DNA of 64,000 nt from positions 6,572,001 to 6,636,000 of the forward strand of contig CM106586.1 of assembly GCA_048013815.1 (NCBI GenBank). The letters are read 5' to 3'. This document shows positions 56,328-64,000 of the stretch, piece after piece. The DNA is from Setoptus koraiensis (Eukaryota; Animalia; Arthropoda). The notes beneath the pieces were generated by a model. The model was not told the origin of the DNA. It was given only the letters and a program-made list of their open reading frames with translations, and searched no databases. The first letter of the stretch is position 1. Every line of letters begins with the position of its first letter. Made by a program: the position numbers and the translations under genes.

Positions 56328-58840
56328 CCGAGGGTGGTCACACGACTCGTGTGACACGAGCACGGGTGATCACGGGCGGCCGAGCGACCGGCCCGTGGCC
56401 GATCGCGGCGGCAAACGGACAAGTGGGCCGTTGCACAATCGCACAATTGTACCATCGTCCAGCGGACAGTCGGACAAACGACGGGCCACGGACGATTTGA
56501 TACACGATACGCGCTCAGCTTGTCAGTAAACTGTTGCTGTCGTTGTCGCTGTCGTTGTTGGTGTCGTTGTTGGTGTCGTTGTCGCTGTCGTGCTGTTGTG
56601 AGCGGGGGCGACATCTAACATGCTGCCGACATGTCAATTGGCCCATAAAACGAACGCGATAACGTATCGCTTCGTTGGCAAGGCATTAGCCGACACTCAA
56701 TGGAGAGTGGGCGACAGAGCTCGCCGAATTCCGAAGCGCCTCGCCATCGCAACGTGACGCAACGTGTGAGTTGGGTCTAACCATGGGCTGTCACACTGTT
56801 ACCGTTATAGTGCAACGGTAAGTAATGTTGTCACTTTGGGCCGGCCTAATGAGCTTTTTCCTCTGCACTTGCTATTGGTTGGGCAGCGGCGCTCGCAGCG
56901 CCACTCCCGCAACAACGCAACCCAAAACTGTCTTGCACCCACTGGAACGGCCGGTGGCCAGATACCGGCCCGACATAGCGGCCTCACATGTGGGCCCACA
57001 GTTGTCGGCCCGTGCGGCCAGACCTGCATTTGTCGGCCCGTGGCGCGTTGTTGTTGCGTAATCTAGGCGAGCGTACAGTCAGTGGACAACAATGGCTGTT
57101 CATGATGTCATACTTATTACGTAAGACGTGTAAATGGAAACATTATCATCGTGTCCGTTTGCTTGTGTCTTGCGTCACAATCGTCGTCACATCGACGACA
57201 ATTCACGCTAACAGTTAGTTTGTGTGTCTGTGTGCGCGCCCAATAATTGTATCAAATCTAACGGGTAACAGGTAACCCAATAATGGCCAGCAAGAGCTAC
57301 TCGTGTGACGTAATGTGTGTGTGTGTGTGTGTCCACTTATAAAGCCATTTATAAACGGCACCCCGGTCGCCCCAATAAACAACTGTTTATAGACATCACA
57401 TTTTATATATACACAAACAACATGTATATGCGATGCATTATCCCGGATAATTTATCCGTCACTCGCAAAATATATTATGGCGTGGGCGCCAAAACTTCTG
57501 GCCACTATGCACTGTGCTCAATATATACGCTCAATATAACCAAGCCAAATACGTGCACTTCACGTGTCGATACGATAATATCAGTCAACATCGTTTTCTG
57601 ATCGTATTACGTAATACGCGTATCGTTCGCCGATCATATCGGCCGCTCGATTAATTGGTCTCGCTACCGTCGCCGCTCGTAATCAATGAAACAAGGTCAC
57701 TCAAACACAGTTCGAGTCAAACTTGTTTCGCCAACTCAAAAACGACCGCACGCCAGTTGGGCCCCTTCGTCAGTCAGCGCGATAACTTTTGTGCCAGCCC
57801 GTTGACATATCCAAGGCGATAGGCCAAATGGGGCCGAAACGCCGCGTAGACAAAATTACATTATACGAAATGTCTGCAGCTCCAATTTCCAGTTCGTGCC
57901 ACTGGCCGCTTTTCAACGACGGCACGCAATATTTCGATTGCTCCATTTTAGTTTATTTTTTCCAATTGTCCTCGTCGTTCGCTACCTCTGATCGTATCGT
58001 TCTGATACAAATCAAACCGACGGAGTCGCACAGAGCAACGAAAACTCGCCTCGGCACGGTCTCACGGCTAGCTCACGGGGGCCTCACGGAGGCCTCACAG
58101 GGCGCCTCACAGGAGGCATGGAAATGACGCCGAAGGAGTGCACCGTTGCACCCAACGGCCACAAAATGCAAGCATGCTAATGAACTGTACAAATTTACGA
58201 CGAGTTGTTACAAGTTTTTGGGCACGATCGAAGAACGCGATTGAAAAATCTGTGTGTGCGTGCCCGCCGACTATCTCGCCACTGTTCGCACTGGAATCCC
58301 CTTCCAGCCGACCGCTCCATATTGCCCGCTCGATCCGCGGGGACCCAACTCCGTGGCCCGGCAAAGCGGCCCCTGGCCGGCACTTTCGGGCCGGCCAGGC
58401 GATCCGTCGCCGCCTCTTCCACACGAGACAGCTGACGCACAGACGGCTGACGCGGCTAACTTTCCCTGGAAATCATTGGCGATCGCTTCCGAAAATCGCG
58501 CTCAAGACGCGCCAAATCGAATGATATCGGGCAGCCTCAGAATTGGTCATCTGGCCGGTCCACCGGCGCCTCAATTCGTCGTAAGTCCACCCGGCTCGAC
58601 AGGAGCTCACTTTCAGCGGGCAAACCACGCGCGAAATTCCTAGAAGTTAATTTAATTTGCACATTATGTTGCATTTGGCGCCCCTAATTAGATGCCGATT
58701 CTCAGACAACAGAATGTTGCCAGAATCCAGGTAACACTCTCTCCCTTGTCAGCGCAAATCCGTTTGTCGGGCAAGAGCAAACAACCTGCCATTTCTTACT
58801 ACGGAATTTGTAGCTGTTCGATCGGTTGAACCGATTCGGT

Positions 58841-58888
58841 TCCCAACTTGGCAATCCCAACTTGGCAATCCCAACTTGGCAATCCCAA
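58841..58888. repeat. 14-nt tandem repeat
   Basis: tcccaacttggcaa x3.4. Confidence 0.93.
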
Positions 58889-59119
58889 GGCAAGTTTTGA
58901 TGTTTTTCGGTTAACGCGCGACAGTGATTCCGATGCACACTTGTCTCAATAATCGAGGCCCGTAGCCATGTCTCAATGTCGAGCTTGCGCGGTGTGTGCC
59001 GGACAAAATTGCTTCAACTAGAGTTACAATACAAATCCTTTTTTCGAGCTTCCAACCCACGGTCGCCCAAATATATATAATATCTAATTCCTTGCGAGCG
59101 CGCCGAGATAATCAGACGA

Positions 59120-59187
59120 GAATAAGCTCCCTCCAGACTCTGAACTTCAGACTCTGAACTTCAGACTCTGAAGTTGGGAGCTTATTC
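59120..59187. repeat. 14-nt triple repeat bracketed by a 12-bp inverted repeat
   Basis: gaataagctccc ... (cagactctgaactt)x3 ... gggagcttattc. Confidence 0.9.
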
Positions 59188-60730
59188 AGAGAGCAGATCA
59201 TGCTTATTTCATCAAGGTTGGCCGGCTTTCATTGCCCACGATGACGATAGCGGGTTCAAGGGGAACATTTTGAATATTTCATGAATATGGAGGATATTAA
59301 AAAGCTTGTCTGCCGAAAAATAATTTCAGTCTAGATGAGGATTGGTTTGTATTGATAGAGGCCAGAATGAAATGATTTAATCATATGCACAACCAGTCTG
59401 TTTCTGTAACACAATCAATGTCAAGACGAGCGCGAGTTTGCAGGGAAGCCCGAGAATTCTTATTGCGAGTTTTTTGTCCCTGTGCCAGCTTCTCAGAATA
59501 GCTCTCGCAATACAAGACTCGTCGTATATGCTCTAGCGAACCCTGGTAAACAACCGGCACAAACAAGCCACCACCTTCCCCGAGCAACACCAGACTTCGA
59601 TATTCAAATGAGCGCGCAAAATAACAAGCAAACCACCAATTGCTTGGGCAAGCAAAATCTCTGGCAGTTTTTGGCAAAAATCAGTGCTCGTTTCGTTTTG
59701 TTCACTGGCTCTTCGGTGAGCCACCGAAGCTCTACACCCAAGCCAATAGAATGGTCTCCGGGGTCCGGGGTCCGGCGGCCACTGTGCCAACTGGAGCAAG
59801 AAGCGAGATGCAATTTTCGTCCCGTGGCCTGACACGATTACTGGCAAGTTGTCAGAATAGAAGGTTGTGTGGTAAAAAGCAGCCTTTAATTCCGGGAAGT
59901 TGCCAGTGACAACAGCAGATATGCGTTATTCATGAGCCGGCACAGCACCAAAATCAGTTTCGAATTGAAACTCGTCCGGCAGCTCGGCAAGTTTGTACTT
60001 AGACCGCACCTAACAGGGAAGCGGGCCTCTCGAGTGCGCCCCTCTGCACCGGAAACAGCGCATTTTGAAATTTTCTGCGTCATAAAAATGAGCGGAAAAT
60101 GATCCAAAATGATTTGGACGTAACGAGAGCAGTTGTGTGCCCTTTTACGTTTATATATCGACTCATGTGGCTGCAATATGGCCCATATTATATGGGCCAC
60201 AATATGTGGCCAATTCGGGCTCACATAATTTCGGTTAGGGGCGTCTATTTTTTCAACTGATTGTGAGTCAATTTATAAGCAATTTCGTTGGCGCTAAAAG
60301 TCAGCGAATTCGTCTGAAAAGGCACGCGGCGAGAAGCCGAGGCCAAGAAGCAACTGTCGCCCCGCAGTGTGACCATGGCTCAATAGAATTTTCGAATGGG
60401 CCCCACCTGACATTTGATGGCGAGACTTGGGGCCGCCCCCACTTGTGTTTTGGGCCAACTGTTCGGGGGGCCCTTTTCATTGTTGTGCGGCGGGTGCGCA
60501 TTGTGTCGACATTGGCGGCTGCAATTGCGGGCCCAGTTGGCCCGTCAGCCAGTTTGACATTTGGACAGTTGGACGGGCCGGCGAGTGGCTGGTGGCGATT
60601 GAGGGCGACAAATAATAATAGTGCCGGACAGCGGCCATGTGAGGGCGCGACATTGGGCCGCACAGTGTCGCCCAATGGCGACTGGCGCGACATATGGCAG
60701 CAGCCGAAGTGGCGCCAACAGTGTCACAAA

Positions 60731-60836
60731 GCGACACATAGCGACATGTAGCGGCGCACAGCGACATGTAGCGGCGTATAGCGACACAGAGCGGCGTATA
60801 GCGACACAGAGCGGTGCATAGCGACATGAAGCGGCG
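60731..60836. repeat. 10-nt repeat with 20-nt higher-order period, core AGCGAC
   Basis: Alternating gcgaca.. and gcggcg.. decamers. Confidence 0.9.
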
Positions 60837-63149
60837 TTGGGGCGATAATTGCAGCTACATTTGCTTATGGTTACCTGTGTGTACGGTGAGCGTTAGAGTG
60901 GCTGGCCGCTGCACTCAGGTGAGGTGGTCTAGCTGCTTCAGGTATTGTGTGCAACGAGAGCCGGGCGAGTTTTGTTTACATTATCCGGGGCTGGCTGGCG
61001 AGTCGCGAATTTCGCGTTCGGCGAGTCGCGAAAGTTTGGCTTGTTTCGCGACGAAATTCGTGTCGTCGTGTCGTGCAACGGCAGTCGTAGTGGCGTGTAA
61101 TGTATACAAACGTGTTAAGTTATGGGGCCGGCTAGCCAACGAGGATATTGGCTCGAGTGGCCAGACTCTTGTGAATTGTCGAGAGGCTCGTCGGTGGCCC
61201 CGAACAGCCAGACGGTGTGCGGCGGATGGCGGGCAAGTCAACAAGCGGACAACTGATCTTCAAGTTGTTCAACTTGCCAGACGACAACACAAATACCCAA
61301 ACAAATCGCCAAACTGGCGAGATGGCGAGCTGCCCAGGGCCGGCTCATCATAATGCGCGTCTCCGCGATGGCGAGTTGGCGTGCCAAGCGGACGAGCCTC
61401 GCTGAGTGTGCCCGGTGGCCGGCTCAGGGCCCGACCGGGTACACTCAGTGCGCGGCGCTCTGCCGGCTAGAGCCGGCAGCCCAGCAGCTAGCCAGCCAAA
61501 TTGGTCCCCCATCGACCATTGAAAGTTTGCTCGCCCGGCTGGCGCCTCTTGTGGCCCGCTGATGAATCTAAACTGCACCTCTTAACCCATAAAATGGCTG
61601 CTTGTTTGCTGGGCCCGAGCGGGCTTTGTGTTATATATATATATACGTATATAACCGCGTATATCCGTGTACGGCCGCGCATAGCGGCCCCATATAATAT
61701 GTGCACGGCATAATACGGCAAGGCCATGATTGTGTGCATTGTGAGGACCCGGTGAGTATGAGCGAGAGTGATAATGGTTGTTTGATGTTGTTGCATTATC
61801 ACTTGTCTCGTCGTTTGTTGCCGTTGCTGCTGTCGCTGTTGTTGTTGCTGCTGTCGCTGTTGTTGTTGCTGCTGTCGCTGTTGTTGTTGCTGTTGTCGCT
61901 GTTGTTGTCGCTGTTGTTGCTGCTGTTGTTGCTGCTGTTGCCAGTGTTGGCGCTGCTGCTGTGGCCATCGTTGTTGCGCAACCGAGCCACTTAACTGGCT
62001 CGCAACGACATACAACAACCAGCACGACAACCAGCAACAACAAACAAGCTCGCCAGTTGCTGCCTGGTCGAGTCTCAGAGGATCGCCGTCAGCGGGGGCC
62101 ATGCCGCAACCGCTGCGAGTGATACCGCGCTGCCGGCAGCTCAACGGGCCGCTCAACGGGCTGCCCGTCGGGCTTGGCCGGCTCGCTGGTGCGGGCCGCT
62201 GGCCGGCTAGCGGCCCGTAATTACCCGTATTCACACTTGCGCTATCATTACTATTGACATCCGACCATCATGCCGCTCTGGCCAGTGCTCGTGTGTGGGG
62301 CCCCGCTCGTGAGCTGCCTGCCGCCTGCTTTATTGTGACGGGCGGCGTAGTAAAATGCTAGTTAATGTCGGCCAAAAGGTCGTCTAATGCAGTTAGGTCA
62401 ACGAGAGGCTCTTGAGGGGCGCTGCCGGCAGCGGCTGCCCTGGGGACCGCTCCGGCCCCATTATTGGCGTTTATTTATTCTTTGCGTGGGCCGCACTGGC
62501 CGAGCCAGTCTGTGCCATTCACTCGAGCATTGGCCAGCCTCTTTTTCGGCTCTCAACAGCGAGGCGCCCCCGACCTGGCCCCATGTAACATGGGCCATGT
62601 TGCGTCGCATCCAGTGTTTGATAACTTGTGCAATAACTTCATCTCGGCCGCAGAGACTCGGCGATATATGCCGGCCAATGCACAGTGAGCAACGAAGTTA
62701 CTCGGCGAATTCGCCACTTGTGATAATAATTATGTTATTACAACAAATTCAATTGCGCGATTGTGTTGAGGCGCGATCATCGCGCATCATTTGACTACAC
62801 ACAACACAAACGGGGCCCCACTTTTGTTGCGCGCTAAATCGCTGCCAGTTGAGATTCGCGTCACGCATTCAACACTGATCGGCCAGCCGGATATTGGCCA
62901 GATATTGGCCAGATATTACTGGTGCACACATGAACTCTCTGCCATCCATCGCCAATTTTCTGATGAGCGCTGCTGTTATGTTTGTGTTGTCAACTGATAA
63001 TTTTCTGATAGTTTTCTATGATCCATCTATCGCCAGCCAGCCAGCCGGCATTGTTTTAGCATGTCAGTTGCCAGTTGGCCTCTGCAATCCAGTCGGGCCT
63101 AGCTGGGGCCCCGCTGCGGGGTCAGAAGGTCGCCAGACTGGGGCCGGCA

Positions 63150-63229
63150 GCTCAAGTTCAACAATTTCGGCTCAAGTTCAGCATTTCCAGCCCAAGTTCA
63201 ACATTTTCGGCTCAAGTTCAGCTTCTGTC
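63150..63229. repeat. 20-nt repeat in A-B-A-B order
   Basis: gctcaagttcaacaatttcg / gctcaagttcagcatttcca / gcccaagttcaacattttcg / gctcaagttcagcttctgtc. Confidence 0.9.
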
Positions 63230-64000
63230 GGCACTGGCGACGCTCTCGGTGCCCCGTCCGTGCATCCACACTCGCGAATAAGCCCCGAATAACCGCTCGC
63301 TTGGCGTGCCGTGATCGCATCAATCAGTCACTCGCAAAATGCTCGTGTGCCCGCTCAAATCAATGCATTTGGCATGACATTTGCGATATATTTTGTGTGG
63401 GCCCCATTTTGCAGCGCCGCAATCCATCCACGACAGAACAATGTAACCGAGCCCAAATTCAAAGCAGACGGATCCGCGCTGACGTGCCGCTGCAAATTAT
63501 CCGCGCACGTATCTCGTCACGGGCCGGCGACGGTGAGTCCGTGGTCTATTTCGAACAGAAGAAACAATTGAAGAACCGGCCCGACTCGGTTCGCTGCGAA
63601 AAGCCGCCATTTATCAGTGAAAAGCCGCTGTTTTTATCAGGCAAGAGCCGCGACTCATCGGGCGAGAGCCGCGTTTCGTCGGGCGGCGATTCATCAGCGA
63701 CGAGCCGTGATTTATTGGCGAACGGCACGGCAAACTGTGGGCTCGGAGCGGCGGATTTGAGCCGAGCGACGATTGTCGCATTGTCTGGCAGAGCGAAGAT
63801 CATTTGTTTATGCCGGCCGGAGATCATTGAACGATGGCGCTGTCTGGCGGGTCGTTTAATATGTGTCGCTACATATTAAACGGCTCAATTGAACGGTTCA
63901 ATCGTTTTCCGGCCAATGATCACTCGATTTGAACAGCCCTCAATGGCTGGCCGTTTGGGGCCCGTCGCGCGACGCTTTTGTCGCGCTGACAGGGCGCCCG

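Noticed and set aside
60319-60338. miR-124-like sequence aaggcacgcgg
   Set aside because: Only 11 nt match, the 3' half differs, and no complementary star arm lies nearby.
58440-60500. Transposon remnant
   Set aside because: Composition is somewhat distinct, but I found no terminal repeats, target-site duplication or transposase/RT motif.
61701-61751. C1-domain-like exon VHGIIRQGHDCVHCEDP with donor GTGAGT
   Set aside because: An in-frame TAA at 61695-61697 has no AG after it, and the first half of a C1 domain is absent.
32900-64000. Bacterial contamination or horizontal transfer explaining the high GC
   Set aside because: No operons or bacterial domains. Spliceosomal signals, poly-Q/N coding and the same microsatellite types as the AT-rich half are present.

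Overview
This is eukaryotic (animal) DNA, not prokaryotic. The protein content points to an arthropod, and the strong intron depletion and low-complexity expansions are compatible with a miniaturised mite such as an eriophyoid (taxon is inference only). Three genes are supported, all on the + strand. (1) A CrebA/CREB3L-type bZIP factor (exons 2809-3945 and 4112-5028; 5' end unresolved). (2) A twitchin/projectin (bent/unc-22) giant muscle protein of about 5,970 aa in only three coding exons (7646-8081, 11900-12168, 12791-30004). By hand count it has 27 Ig, 18 Fn3, a PEVK-like segment and a kinase. It carries a 3,024-bp internal tandem duplication with patchy near-identity, a chimeric Fn3 at the junction and a non-canonical kinase P+1 loop. 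(3) A 3,328-aa low-complexity ORF (38788-48774) that looks like one ~10-kb frame-symmetric exon of an unidentified gene. Base composition switches from AT-rich to GC-rich near 32.9 kb, and the GC-rich half is full of unrelated short tandem repeats and palindromes. I found no rRNA, tRNA, CRISPR array or autonomous transposon. I see no clearly new multi-gene system. The best leads are the giant exon and the remodelled twitchin.
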